DNA of 61,767 nucleotides, filler included, from Choristocarpus tenellus KU-1152 (GCA_964200185.2; 13 parts of 13 records of this genome joined end to end with filler, not necessarily neighbours in it); one strand, 5' to 3'; shown: positions 12,501-25,009, counted from the whole stretch's first letter. Numbers and translations: made by a program. Notes: a model not told the origin generated them from the sequence alone.

Positions 12501-15112
12501 CTTTTGTGTGACTATTACCACTACTGCAAATGTCAATAATGAAAGCAAAGTGGAGTGGAGTGGAGAGGGTGATGGGATATAGATGTTGTGTGTAACGTTT
12601 ACAAATACAGTATGGTGCAAAAACATTTAGATCAGGATACATATTTTTTTTGTTGCCATTGACTTGGCTGAATGCCTTCCATTGCGCCACTTTTAACTTG
12701 GCAAGGTTTTACTGGTTCTATATACTGTCAGCAGTAGTGTGTGTTTTTATGTTGTTTGTATTGACCAAAGTGTCGTTGGAAAGATGTGAATGAGCTAGAT
12801 TAAATGGAAAATCCCATACAAGGTTCAAAGCTTTTAAAAGTTCATTCCAGTACAAGTAGGGAAGCAATGTTGTATTTTTTTTTTCAGGAAGTATTCACAA
12901 AACACTTTTGAGCACGGATTTGGATAGATAGAGCTTGTCTAGATTATGGTGACCCTTTTTAGGAAAGAAAAAAATCAAAAATTTAAAGAAGAGAAGTGGT
13001 AAAAAAAGTCACAGTAGAGGTCACTGGGAGACCATTTTGTCAGTTTTTGGTAGATAAAAATGAGACCGCCCATCTACCGTTTGAGGCTGGTTATACAAGA
13101 TAACACCAAGATAACACCAAGATAACGCCAAGTCTAACACATAACTTTTTTTCATAGAAACGTCCTTGTTCTTCTTGTTCTTGAAAAAATGATGCCCAAA
13201 GCTTTTATTCTGGATGACAGCTCTGAGCCTCCTGGGGTTGATCTGCTGTTGTTTATAGCAACCCACTTGGCACTCTTGGACTTGAGTTGTGGGCTCTTGT
13301 GTGGTCTGATCTGTGCACCCTACCATCTGTGGTTCATGATGCATCACGACATTGTGGATAAACACCCTTCACACATTGACCCATTCTTTGAAGTAAAATA
13401 TATCAATTGTATTGACCAAATTGTTTCTTTGATCTTGATTTTGACTTCACCAGTGTATCATCATTATCGTCATCTATATTCCGGGTCAATATGGCACTGC
13501 TTTGGACAAGTTTGGGACAATGGTAAACCACAAAATCTCGTTTTCTCAAAATCAAAGTAGAAGACAGGATTTGGGATCCTCATGTTTAGGCTGTCAACAT
13601 AGTCCATAAATCATTTCCCAAATTAAAAAAATATCACGAGGTACTGCCCAAGCCTATATTGTGATAATATTAATATTGTGATAATATTAATATTGTGATA
13701 ATATTAATACTGTGATATTATTAATATTGTGAGTATTGTGATTATTGTTAGTATTGTTAATAGTATTAATAGTGTTAATTTTGTTACTATTGTGTCACCT
13801 GGACAATAGGAAAGTAGGTCCATGTCAGTACTAGTATTCCAACCTTGTTGTAGCCTGTTGTCACAATTGGAGTCAAGAATTAAATTTCTGTTTTTACTAG
13901 TATTAATTAATGTTGATATTTATAGAAACTTTACTACCAAGGGAGGGTGGGGCAGGGCTCTTACAATGCAGTATTACTAAACCTTGTGTTGTGTCAGAAA
14001 GCTATGTTTAGAGGATTTGAGTGTGGGAATTAGTTGCATGATTGTACATCTGAAATATGATTAACACAAGTTGGGTATGCCCTGTTTGTTCATCAATCTT
14101 TCTATTTGTTGCAATGTAGGCTGAGTGTTCAGCGAGGAGGTTTTAGTCCAATACTAATGATCTAATGATGCATACACTAACTGCAGCAGTAATTCTCCAA
14201 CCTATCCCCAATTCTACTCTTGGCTCAGCTGGAGCTCTTGGAGGGCTTCCTTTGTCAACCTCACCCTCTGTGCCGACATGTGTGGGCTGGTGCACTGCGA
14301 GGTATGTGGACTATGCAATGTCATGTTATGATGTTACGATTTTTTGGTGTTATGGTGTTACGATGTTGTCGTGCCTTCCCTTGCATTTGTTGTTATGAGT
14401 TTGGTTAGGTGCTTTTTGTATTGTTTATGTGGTGTCCGTGATGTGATGCCTTAAGTCTTGTGTATTGCAGGCAATACCTATCTTTGAATTTATTTACCTA
14501 ACAGACCTAGGTACAATTCTCACCCGACCCTCCTGGTAATACAGAGAGTGGCCTCACACAAATATCCCGCCTTCTAGTGCCATATCAACCAACTTGTGCT
14601 CTCACTTGCTTTCCCCCCTACCCACAGATTTTCTCACATGTTGCGACGCTGAGGTGCAAGTGAAGATTGTACACACAATAGGGGGCCTTGCCTTAGATCC
14701 TGACTTACCCCCAACTAAGCTTCATTACCTCATCCATGCGCTGGGTATTTGTCTACCAGCATTAGCTCCTTCTGCTATATGCTGTCTACATGACTTGTGC
14801 CTAGACTCCCCTTGCCTCCCTCTGCACCCTTCAGGACATTGTCATTACTCAATGCCTGGGCCGGTCCCAACCTCAACACGAGTACTAGACCTGACTGGAC
14901 CTAGTGTTAGGGTATCAGCGGCCTCTTTTCGAGTACTTGAGGTCATACTGAAGGCAGGGGACTTTGCAAATAGTGACAAATCCGGATTTGATGTCGTCAA
15001 GGTCATTGCAACTGCAACTAAGGCCCTTGGATTTGAGGTTACGACCCCCTTGTCTTGCTCAGTATCAGAGGTCAAAGTGGCACAAATTAGAGGAGGGGGT
15101 GCTGGTGAGGGG
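9515..15112 (+). CDS. Partial multi-exon gene resembling FIRRM/FLIP (C1orf112, DUF4487; FIGNL1-interacting protein)
   Basis: Phase-compatible GT-AG exons 9515-9681, 10295-10591, 11569-12402, 14229-14301 and 14628 to about the contig end. Spliced FEEVQLELLEGFLCQPHPLCRHVW resembles the plant FLIP segment LESFLLENLFHPHFLCWE as I recall it. Gene structure is well supported; the identity is tentative. Confidence 0.55.
13656..13790. repeat. AT-rich ~18-bp degenerate tandem repeat (intronic)
   Basis: ATATTGTGATAATATTA repeated 4-5 times, then decaying. Confidence 0.8.
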
Positions 15113-15232
15113 NNNNNNNNNNNNNNNNNNNNNNNNNNNNNNNNNNNNNNNNNNNNTTAATTAATTAANNNNNNNNNNNNNNNNNNNNNNNNNNNNNNNN
15201 NNNNNNNNNNNNGAAGTCCTGGAGAGAAGAAT

Positions 15233-15422
15233 GGGTCAAAGTATCTGGGGGGGGGGGGGGGGGTGTGATTTGTGAGGGGACGTCTGTTTCGGTCAAACTA
15301 GTCTTTTTTTTGCTGACATTCCAAATCCGACACGTGCGACCAAATCACACCAAAAAAATGAAAATCGAAAAAAGGGCGAAAAACGGACGCCGACACCCCC
15401 CCACCCCCTGATACTTTGACCC
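15233..15422 (+). mobile_element. MITE family B (~190 bp, TIRs with poly-G/poly-C)
   Basis: GGGTCAAAGTATCTGGGG...CCCCTGATACTTTGACCC; a homologous right end lies at 19086-19186. Confidence 0.85.
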
Positions 15423-16240
15423 GATGTCCGCTAGACAGAGACACAGAGAGAGAGCCAATACTTTAATATGCTAGGTCTTCACCAGGACTCGGATCCAAGC
15501 CAGGTGACCTAGTTCTAGTAAAAGAAGCGGACAGCTCTATTTATGGGGAAAAACTAGGCCAGACAAGAGTAGGCAGGAAGCTAGTCCATGAAAGGTGGAC
15601 AGGACCGTGGACTGTGAAGGAAATTTCACGTAGGAGTAGTAGAATGACAGTAGAACTGCTAGGTAGGCAAACGCGCAAGTGTATTGTTCATGCTTCTTGT
15701 GTTTAACCCTTCCACGTAAGACCCATCCATCTGAGACGTAGCTTCCAAGAGGAATATGCTCAACTAATGTGGGAGTCGGACCTGGGTCTAGCAGAACAAT
15801 CCGTGGTAGCAACCCCTATGTACACCCTCACTGACAGGAATGCAGTACTGTCACCATCCAATGTATGGCACTGGGAGTACAGGGGGAAGTATCAGAATGG
15901 AGAATTGTCTGATTGGATTACCGAGAAAGAGGCTATGGGTAGCTTCACCCCACTACAGTTAGATGTCTTCCATGCCCTATGGGACCCGTATAATCCAGAC
16001 ACGAGCCCACGTCCTACTGACACCTCTTGCCAAGGAAAACCCTTGTCCAAAGAGGATGCAATATGCCTTTTCCCTACAGGTACCACTGTCAAGAAGTCAT
16101 GGAAAGACAAGAAGGGAAGGGATAAGTGGTACAAAGGTACAGGTTTTGACTTCAAGTCACCTTACTGGAGGGTACGGTTTAATGATGGGGATTGGGAGGA
16201 AATGAACAAAAGCGAAATGAGTCGCCTCTTCCAAAAATGA
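15423..16240 (+). pseudogene. Ty3/gypsy integrase C-terminal region (GPY/F module, chromo-like segment, Tudor-like segment)
   Basis: One frame from 15500: PGDLVLVKE...RKLVHERWTGPWTV...HASCV*PFH...WHWEYRGKYQNGELSDWITEKE...FPTGTTVKKSW...WYKGT...YWRVRFNDGDWEEM, with a single in-frame TAA; followed by PPT and LTR. Confidence 0.8.
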
Positions 16241-16720
16241 TCCACCAGGTAACCACTATGCATCCAGAAGGCAAGGTACGTGAGGACTAACCGATTCATA
16301 TAAGAACACAGGAATCATTGACAGTCCTAGTCCCCACAGAACGTAAGACAGGAGAAGTCAGAAACAGGAAGTAACCCATATCAGCCCAGGCAGCAATTTA
16401 TATAGGGTAATTTTGTTTCTTTCCCTTCTTATCTTTTTTTTGTATTGTTAATGTTTCTTTATCCCTTTTGTTTTAGTTCTTTTATTTTTATCATTATTCT
16501 ATTCTTTTTTATCTCCTTTCTTCCCTGTTCTTTTCTTTTCTTTCTGTCAGCCCTGGTATCCCCGTATAACTGTGCTTACTTTGCTATACATTACTTAAGT
16601 TCTTCCCCCTCTTTCCCTCCCTTCTTTTTTATTTTTCAACGTTTTTGATGAAGGCCGACGTTGATGTTATTGCCTGTGTTACGCACTAGCAGCTCTCAGT
16701 ATGCTTCGTGCTGGGGGGCA

Positions 16721-16896
16721 TGAGACAGGCAATAATTAGATGATACTTGGCACTCTAGGGAAGCTGTTTTTTAGAGAAAATGAATATATCCCCTGATTAA
16801 GCTAGATGTAGACAGATTTGCCCAAGTAAGTCAAGGATAGATGTTGTGGACCTAGTAGGAGTGCAGAATCCTTTTCCTCTCCTTTTTTTTGCAACA
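16721..16896 (+). mobile_element. Putative diverged short LTR after the first PPT
   Basis: CTGGGGGGCA|TGAGACAGG...TTGCAACA; the start resembles the LTR at 16995. Confidence 0.45.
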
Positions 16897-16994
16897 GGAT
16901 GATCTGAGGTGATTGATGATATCTGTGGTCTTCACCGGTGAAAATCGCCTGTGGTAAGCGTGAAACATGTATCGCTAGTTCACGCTGGGGGGCA

Positions 16995-17355
16995 TGTTAC
17001 AGGCGAATAGCGCAAGCGTTTCCTCTTGTATTTTAACGAAGTTCGAGCATTTGTTACACACGAAAAGCGCGAGCATTTTCTCCTCATGTTTTAGGAAATA
17101 CGAACATTTGTAACAGACATACAGTGTAAGGATTTTTTCTAGAGTTCTTGATAGAAGACCAACGAAATTGGGTGGATGACGAAAATAATAAGAGAGCTTC
17201 AAGTGGTAACACTTCTACCTCCCTTATGCCTTAGTCTATCGTTTGAATGAAACATTGAGTCAAGCTCTGAGCTAAGCACTGAGTGGAATATCAAGAGAAG
17301 GCTATCTGACACCCTACAACCCATTGTAAAAGGCAACGCCCCCATACCTGTAACA
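16995..17355 (+). mobile_element. LTR (361 bp) preceded by PPT
   Basis: GCTGGGGGGCA|TGTTACAGG...CCTGTAACA: TG...CA ends with a perfect 9-bp terminal inverted repeat. Confidence 0.8.
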
Positions 17356-17682
17356 GAGTTGGAAGTCAACTTCCGTCATGGTATATGTCAAGGTCAACCA
17401 GAGGGACTTGGTGTGGACTTCGATGGGTCTGACAGAGAGTAGTAAGGGTGGGTTCAACCAGGGCAGAACTTAAAGTTTCATCTAGAAGAAATCGACCCCG
17501 AAGGGGAGGAGAGGTCAAGTTCGGGCGGGGTGGATGTCTTCTAGCTCAAAGGCACGGTATGAAGGGGATGATGAAGGGGGGTTCTTGGATGGTTGTGGAG
17601 TGGTGTTGAGTGGTTTCGAATGGTGTGGTGGTGTGGTAACTGGTGTAGGGTTGAGTGGGGTTGAAAGGAGTGGTAGAGACCC

Positions 17683-17828
17683 GAAATCAGTGGCGAAAGG
17701 GGTTGCACTGGTTGGTCATCGGATAGGGGGGGTGACTGGAAATCAGTGGCGAAGGGGTCGCCCTGGTTGGTCATCAGAGGTGGTCGGTGGCTGGGAATCA
17801 GTGGCGAGGAGATCGCACTGGTTGGTCA
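17683..17828. repeat. ~56-bp tandem repeat, 3 copies
   Basis: GAAATCAGTGGCGA...CTGGTTGGTCA at 17683, 17739 and 17794. Confidence 0.8.
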
Positions 17829-18011
17829 CAAGGGTTGTTAGAATGTGGGGAGAAAAGGGAATAGGGAGGAATACAAACGTAGAATAAAATAATAATAATC
17901 CAGAATTCGTGAGTAAAACAAAATATCGGAATAAACGCTAAAGAAGGAAAGTATCATAAATGTCAAAACACTATAGAACACAATAAATGTGAAAAACATA
18001 TATTAGCATAT

Positions 18012-18985
18012 ATTATTATGCCCTCTGACATATTGCAGATGTGTCAGGGGGAAAACGAATGAAAACTATACATATGTCAGTATAAGCCCTAAAGAAATAA
18101 AATATCATAAACGTGAAAACACTATAAAACACTGTAAGTGTGAAAACCACCACTAATCTATCAGTTCCTTCACCACTATCAATATTGTACTACTGTCTTC
18201 CTGTGCTTCCCATCTACCTACTCCTGTGCCCCGGGGGGAGGAGCTAGGGAGGCACCTGTTTAATAGGGACTCCTCCCTCCCTAGGGATCTTCTGACCGTG
18301 AGCTTGAAATCCTGAGGGGGGATCTGACATGCTGGTTCCAGTGGTTGAGTCGAGGCCCAGGGGTTTTCCCCTTGTCCACACTGGCTCTGGTGGCGTGCTA
18401 GGGCTAATGAAGAGCTCTCCCCCCCTTGGTGTGCATCATTTGGAAGGTCGGTCAGTTGTGTCCTAAAGGAGCCAAAACGGATCTTGTTGAGGAGGCCTGT
18501 GATCTCGTGTTGAGCCCTCCTCGTGATCCTGGCGTCATGAGCTGCTAGGATGTGGACCTCTGGGGCAGGTGTAGGGGGTGCTGTTCCCCCCCAGATTACC
18601 CAGAACTGGCCAATAATCTCAGCAAGGTTTTCTGAGGGGACACCTGTAGAAAGGAGGGCTGTATTGTAAGGCTTGTACATACCGCTTGTGAGAAGGAATC
18701 GCCATGAGGCCCTTGCTGCCTTGCTAGGAGGATGGGAAGAGTAGCCACCAGTGATCCTACGAAAGCAGCATGTTGGCGGTGTTTCATAGAGGAGAGGCCC
18801 AGACCCCCCGCACTGTGCCTGTACTTGTTGGTGGGTTTCTAGGCGGAGAGACCCATTGTTACACCCTCCCTCGAAGAAATCAGTCACCTCTGTCGCATCA
18901 GCTGTCTCCATTATCCTCTCGAGTGTCCATAGGGAGGTGTTGTCTGCTTGCTCCATGGTGGAGCGTGCCTGGAGGGGGGGAGTGA
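18012..18985 (-). mobile_element. CRE-like (RLE-type) non-LTR retrotransposon fragment with internal deletion and 3' UTR
   Basis: Post-RT motif LARHQSQCGQG...PPQDFKLTVRRSLGREE is fused directly to a ~240-bp 3' end homologous to 38992-39210. Confidence 0.65.
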
Positions 18986-19085
18986 NNNNNNNNNNNNNNN
19001 NNNNNNNNNNNNNNNNNNNNNNNNNNNNNTTAATTAATTAANNNNNNNNNNNNNNNNNNNNNNNNNNNNNNNNNNNNNNNNNNNN

Positions 19086-19186
19086 AAAGCAAACAAAGGG
19101 GACCAAATCACACAACCGAAGGGAAAATCGAAAAAAGGGTGAAAAACAGACGCCAACACCCCCCCCCCCCCCAGATACTTTGACTC
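19086..19186 (+). mobile_element. MITE family B right end
   Basis: ...GACGCCAACAC(C)nAGATACTTTGACTC, homologous to ~15338-15422. Confidence 0.85.
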
Positions 19187-20233
19187 AGTAGTAGAGTTTG
19201 TTGGAAATCGTGTCTCAGGTGCGGCATCCCCCTTTGAGTGAAGGAAAGCTACTTGAAGTATAGGTGGATAATGTTGAGCTGTTGTGTGACTGGGTGGGGG
19301 GGTTATTTTTCCTTTTTTGTGAAGCAAATCGTAACACTTTTTTATCTCACAGGCAAGTACCACTTTTTTGTGTAGCATGAGAGGCATAGGGAAGGAGGTT
19401 TCAGATTATTCATGGGTTGTATAGACTTGAGATTATAGGGATCCCCCCTATTAATGAATGTGTAGAATCCCAAGTCTTGATATTGAAATATGCAGATTAA
19501 TTCCTCAAGTTATGTTATCGTAGGTAGAAAGTTGGAGTGAGAAACACCATTCAAGCAGGGGGGGGTGATAAACCTTTCACTCATCCCTGATCACTTGTAC
19601 TATGATAAACTGGATAATATTGACTGACAAAGACATTACTATCAAGTATCCCATTATCCAACAATAGTTCAACATTTCTCCTACAGAATCGTCTTTTACA
19701 TATGAATAAAAAGCATAATCTTAACCCCACCCCCCCCCCCCCCCCCGCCCCCTCGCAGACACCGCCATGCGTCGAGCCCATTCTCGTGTTTTTNNNNNNN
19801 NNNTCTTTTTTAAAAAAAAAAAAAAAACCTCACCTTCCCCCCCCCCCCCCCCCCCCCTGTGTGAAGCCAACCTGGTTGGCTAGGTAATGCATTGTTTGTT
19901 GTGCCCTGAATTGCGAATTGGGAGTGACATCACAAAACCTTCACTTTTTTTTCCCATAATAGAACCACTCTGACAAAAATATACATTAAACAATGAAGAA
20001 AAAAATCAACATCTCTTCTCCAGTACCCCCACCGAGAATAGAATAGAAGGGTGGTGGGTGGTATGACGATAGTCTCGGGTATGACTCCTACTTTGCATAC
20101 TGAGCTAATTCGGACTGGTTGCTACACATACGATATGTCCACCCACCTCACCTGCTCAACGCGTGCTTGCCCCCCTACTACACCTATCCACACCTCCCCT
20201 GGTCACCACTGGCCAATCTACACACCTCCAAAG

Positions 20234-23200
20234 GATGAGGAAGTGTTCATTGTTCGTCTCAAGCCTGGAGAAGATCCCCCCCCTCCTTCGCTTGATCCAA
20301 ATCGAACTGTACATGGGGTGGCTGGTGTGGGGGGGGGTCTACAGGTGATTTCTTCCTCAGGGAGGGCTCAGCGTAAGAGCAGGGGAAGAGGAAATGCCCC
20401 TTGCTCCCTGATATGTTCCTGTGATGACTCCATCGGGTTGTTGAAGCTCAAGGTGTGGTGTGGTACAATGACACTCTGTGTTGATGCTAATCTTTTGTAC
20501 CGGTGGTGGTTATTGGTTATTGGTTGGTTGGTTAGGTTGGTTAGGTTGGGGTGCCTGGTCAAGTTCTCTTTACTTGTAGGAGCTGAAAAGTGAGGTACTT
20601 TTTTATGGAGGGGGGATTGTTGAATCAAAAACATTTTTTGAGAGCTGTTTGAAAAACCTCTTTATTGATGTATTGTGACAGGAGTATGAGATTGATTTTT
20701 TTTTTCTCGTGCTTGCTGTTCCACCCATGCTCGCTGAATCTTATGTAACTGCCTGTTGCAAGTTGTTGTGGTTCAGTAGATCTTGTGTCTTGTTGCCAGT
20801 GTGCATGACCCCCCCCCCCCTCTCTCTCTCCCATTGCTCTTAATTTTTGACAGTCTTTTTTGTTGAGTTGATGAGGTGAGAATTGAAGGCTCCTGACTCG
20901 ACTGGAGTGAGCTTGACCTTTTTTGTTTTTTTGCAACTCATTGTTGATGACAACTTGCACCTAGACATAATGGTCCATAAGTGGTGGTTTAATTAAAGTT
21001 GTAGTTTAGTGTTTGATACTGTACGACCAAGCAAGAAAGCTTTGATTAACTCTTTGTCGGAATTGTTAAGACCATCTGCGGGATATATGGTAACATTGAA
21101 CTGTCCCCATTAACTCCAATGTCTTGGTCAGGAAGGATTGAAAAAAAAAATGTTTTTTGTCTGCAACCTGTCTTGAAAAAAGGTCTCTTTATTTGACCTG
21201 TCTAATCCTGTTTCATCCACAGTAGTCAGGTAGTGGTGCGTAGAATATTTTTTTCAAAGGTATAATTTTCATCATTTTCATGGAGTGTAATAGGAGTCAT
21301 GATAAGTTAGACTATACACAGTCAATTGATCCAAGTAAAGAGAAAAAAATAAACACGTAAAGGTTTTATGGCAATGGGAATGGCGTTCAGATACATGCAG
21401 AAGACAAGTTTATCGTTGTAGATGGTACATGTTTTGCAGAGGTATATTCAACTTGTGCGTTTTGTCCTCTCTTCTGTGCTCTATGCCTATCCCTACTAGG
21501 TGTACCAAGGCATGGATGTGGCCCCTGCCCGTCAAGTCCTTTTCTTTGGGGGAAAGGCTCTTTTGGATATGAATGCGAACCTTGCGCAGGCGGGTGTTAG
21601 GGCTGGGGACAAGATTCACCTACAGGTATGATCCAGGCAGGCAACACAATATCCATGATTGAGTGCAGGGCAATGAGTTGCAAAGTTGTGGCAGATGAGG
21701 GGTGAAGTAGGGACCTTGTTTTGACAACCTCAGCAACAGAATTCCAAAATCAGTCTTGAAATTTGATTCTGAGAAAATGTGTCATTTTCTTGACCCAAAA
21801 TTACATAACACACCAATCAGGATTGACACAAGACATCCGATGATGTTTTGGCCAGTGTGGGTTAATTTTGCCCACATCTGAGAATTTATCGATCTGTGAA
21901 GGCTTTGGTCGATGGGGTTGTGCTGCATGGAACATAGCCGTGCTTACAATATCTTGGCCATAGGGTTACAGAGCGGTTTAGACCTGTCCCAATAGGTTGT
22001 AAAAGGATGAAATCTTTGATTTGGTTTTATCTCTCTGAAAGTGGTGTCAAAATGGAGATCTGTATCCAATGTTACATACCAAAATCTGATAACGTTACTG
22101 ACAATTCCCCCCCCCATATATATATATATATGTGTATATATTACGTAGTACCTTTTTTTCAATATGTTTTTTTCTTAGTCAGATTTGTGGAAACAAAATC
22201 CAATACTTGAATATCTGTCTTTTTCTGTGCTTGACCTGAATGCTTGCTGAGATTTTTAAAAATCAGTTGAAGAATGGTATGTGAGGCAGGAAGGAGGGGG
22301 GAGAGAGAAAGTCTATATAAGAAAAGGTCTGTAATCTTTTTTCAGTCCACGATTTTGTAGGGTTAGTGTTAGGGCTTTCCAGCAATACACTTGGAACTGA
22401 CTTGAAATGCGGGGCATAGGTTATTGTAGGACGTTGTGGTGACTGGTCTAGAGGTGAGTCATAGTGAGGGGTAGGGCTCTGATCTGGACTGCCCTCACTG
22501 TAGCCATCAAGAATTGCAGGTTTGAGTCATAGAGGTTTTTCTATTGCCAGAGGAACACAAGCTGTGTAAGACGTGGTGTGTGTGTGTGTTGTGAACCAAA
22601 CGTACTCATGAACAAAAGTTGAACTGGTGCAACAGCCACCTAAGGTACTCAATTGCACTTGAATTGTGAGACACAAGCAGAGCGCACAAGTATAGTGGTG
22701 TGAGATTTGTCAGTGTCTCCCTTGACCTTTTTCATGAAAAGGTGTTCCTGATTGATAGTTGTTAACATACATGCCCCAGGTCCTACTACGCGATACATCT
22801 TCAACTTCAGAAAAGGCGTTGAACATGTATTTATGTAGGATTCAAGTTGTTACTGCTTCTTGTGAGCTGATGTTCTTCCTCTCTGCACACACAGACGCTA
22901 CTTTGTCCCCAGGGTTGAAAGTATTGCTTAGATGCACTTTGTCATGAAGAATCTTGTTTTCTTTTGTTCCTGGGTTTATGGGAAATTGTAGTACCTATGC
23001 CTTGGGCTGTGTGTGTGTGTGTGTGTTGAAGTTGTAAATGGAAATCCACTACACTCTAAGTGTTGGTTTCTGTGACAAAGAGGAAAGTCCTAAGTAGTGT
23101 ACGCGAAGACAGGGCTATTGTCCGTGTTTGCTTTTCAAAATGGTTTAAACAAGATAAGAATGTTGGATCTGTTGTGTTGCCAAAACGCTTAACAAGGACC

Positions 23201-25009
23201 ACATTCATTAACTATGATTGCATCGTTCCTTTTGCAATGGACAATCTGCTGGCCCACAGGATTGCTCAGCGAGAAAATATTTCTGATCTCAGTTATTGCT
23301 GCAAGTGTCTAGCCAAAAAGAGTGGGAAAAGAGGTTCCAAGTCTGCGCTTTCAATAGTTGAATGTGCCAGCACAACACTGAGATAGTGTAATGAACCAAG
23401 AACGTGTTTTCTCATTGATGCCAAGTTTTTTTTTGAAGACCTTTGAAAGGTGTTGGTGACGTTGTCTTTTGTTACACCTCCTATTTCTCCAGAGAAGTGC
23501 AGATGCGAAGGGTATTTCCTCCTTCTCATACTCTCTAATAGCTTGGTAGGGGTGTTAACGGCCGAGATGGCATCAACAGCAAGTCATACACTTACATAAG
23601 AAGGGATTGTGCAGTCGAGACTCAACATAGTGGGGATGCACGTGTTCACCCAGGCTAAATCCTGTAGCTCCCTGATCTTGTTGTCCTTGACTATTCCTTG
23701 GTTCATGTGCCGCCCGGAGGCAGTGCTGCCCGGTGGCAAAAGAGTCAGGGAGGGTCTTCCTCCAATTTGTTCTGTCGAGGAAGTCATGGAGCAACTTAGA
23801 TTTGCCTTCCCTTTGTTGCTTCTGTTTTCAATGTTTGAATCATTTACTCAGGACTTGAATTTGTTTTGGCTTTTTTGAGGGGGGTGCATCAGTCAACACG
23901 TGGTATGTATCCTCTCGGTACTTTGTACCTCTAGTAGCTGCCTACAACAAAGACAAATTATCACTCCTACCTCCCCACCCCGCCCTCCCTCTCCCCTTTC
24001 CCATTTCCCATTTCCCATTTCTGTTTTGATATCTTTCCTTCCACTTTTGCCCTTTCCCGATTACGGAACGGGCACGGCTATTTGTGTGTGTGTGTGTGTG
24101 TGTGTAATTTATATAACCTCAGGTAGTAGAGGTTGAAGGCGATTTAGCAAATGGCATTGACGATACATATTTCATTGCTGAGACCCTGTCGGGACCTGCA
24201 CCTCGGGCCCCAGAGGTCGGTTTTGCTGGTACAGCACTCTCTGGTCGACCAGCTCCTTTGTTGACACACCCACCGCATCTCCCTGCCAGTGGGGAAGGTT
24301 TTGCTGATGGATTGGGAGGCGATACTTTCAGCAAGACCAGGGGTAGTGGGAGCATGGAGGCTGAGGGGAAAAGTGGAGGAATGCAAGGTGTTGGTAACTT
24401 GACTGCCACCGCAGCAGTAGATCTTTCGTTAACACCTACAAGGTCTGCGTTGAAATTGGGAGGGGATCTGCACAGGGGGAACTGTGTAAGGTGCATGAAT
24501 ACGGAGGTCAAGAGCACCAAGGGCACTGGAGATTGTTGTACCTTTGGGAATGGAGAGGGGAAGGGGGATGAGCTCGAGGAATGGTGTCAAGACAGTTGTG
24601 GTGAATGTACTAGTGGGAAAAAGCGCAGCAAGGTTGATGAAGGCAGTGACGTCAACAGCAAGAGGGGCAATTGGGGAGGGGGGGGGGGAGGGGGGAAGTG
24701 TCCTGCTGCAGATGGTGAGGGNNNNNNNNNNGAAAAGGAGAAACAAGAGGGGGGGGGGGAAGGAAAGGGCGGGAACAAAAAAAGGAGGAGGGGGGGGGGG
24801 GGGGGGGGGGGGGAGGGGGGAAGTGTCCTGCTGCAGATGGTGAGGTGGAAGGTAGTAGCAGTACTCGGGCACTCCGAAGGCCAAGAAGAAAGTCTGGTCA
24901 AGGCAACATTATTTTTTGTGAGGGTGGAGACGAATACCTGTGTTTGTGCGGAGGAAGGTGGAGCAAGAGTAGAGGACCTGAGTGCTGGAATTGTCATATG
25001 TGTTTATGA
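20234..25009 (+). CDS. USP48: Ubiquitin-specific protease USP48/UBP26-like, C-terminal exons (UBL domain and tail)
   Basis: Phase-0 exons 20234-20452, 21500-21625 and 24123-~25009. Spliced SCDDSIGLLKLKVYQGMDVAPARQVLFFGGKALLDMNANLAQAGVRAGDKIHLQ is a UBL, followed by PEVGFAGTAL (cf. USP48 PEEGFKGTGL). The last exon contains an N-gap with a poly-G duplication, so the stop position is uncertain. Confidence 0.75.

Noticed and set aside
12857-13651. Possible decayed DNA transposon in a FIRRM-like intron, including ORFs 13021-13365 and 13189-13560
   Set aside because: Only weak terminal inverted similarity, no TSD and no protein motif.
21716-22265. Possible MITE with ends resembling TTTGACAACCTCAGCAA / TTGCTGAGATTTTTAAA
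   Set aside because: Short imperfect match, single copy in the window and no TSD.
22530-23880. Coding-like minus-strand stretch inside the USP48 intron
   Set aside because: Multiple stops and no recognisable motif; possibly an old TE but not supportable.
24722-24845. Duplicated GGAAGTGTCCTGCTGCAGATGGTGAGG and Gly/Lys-rich peptide
   Set aside because: The duplication flanks a 10-N gap next to poly-G and is most likely a read-end artefact; collapsing it gives a clean frame ending at 25009.
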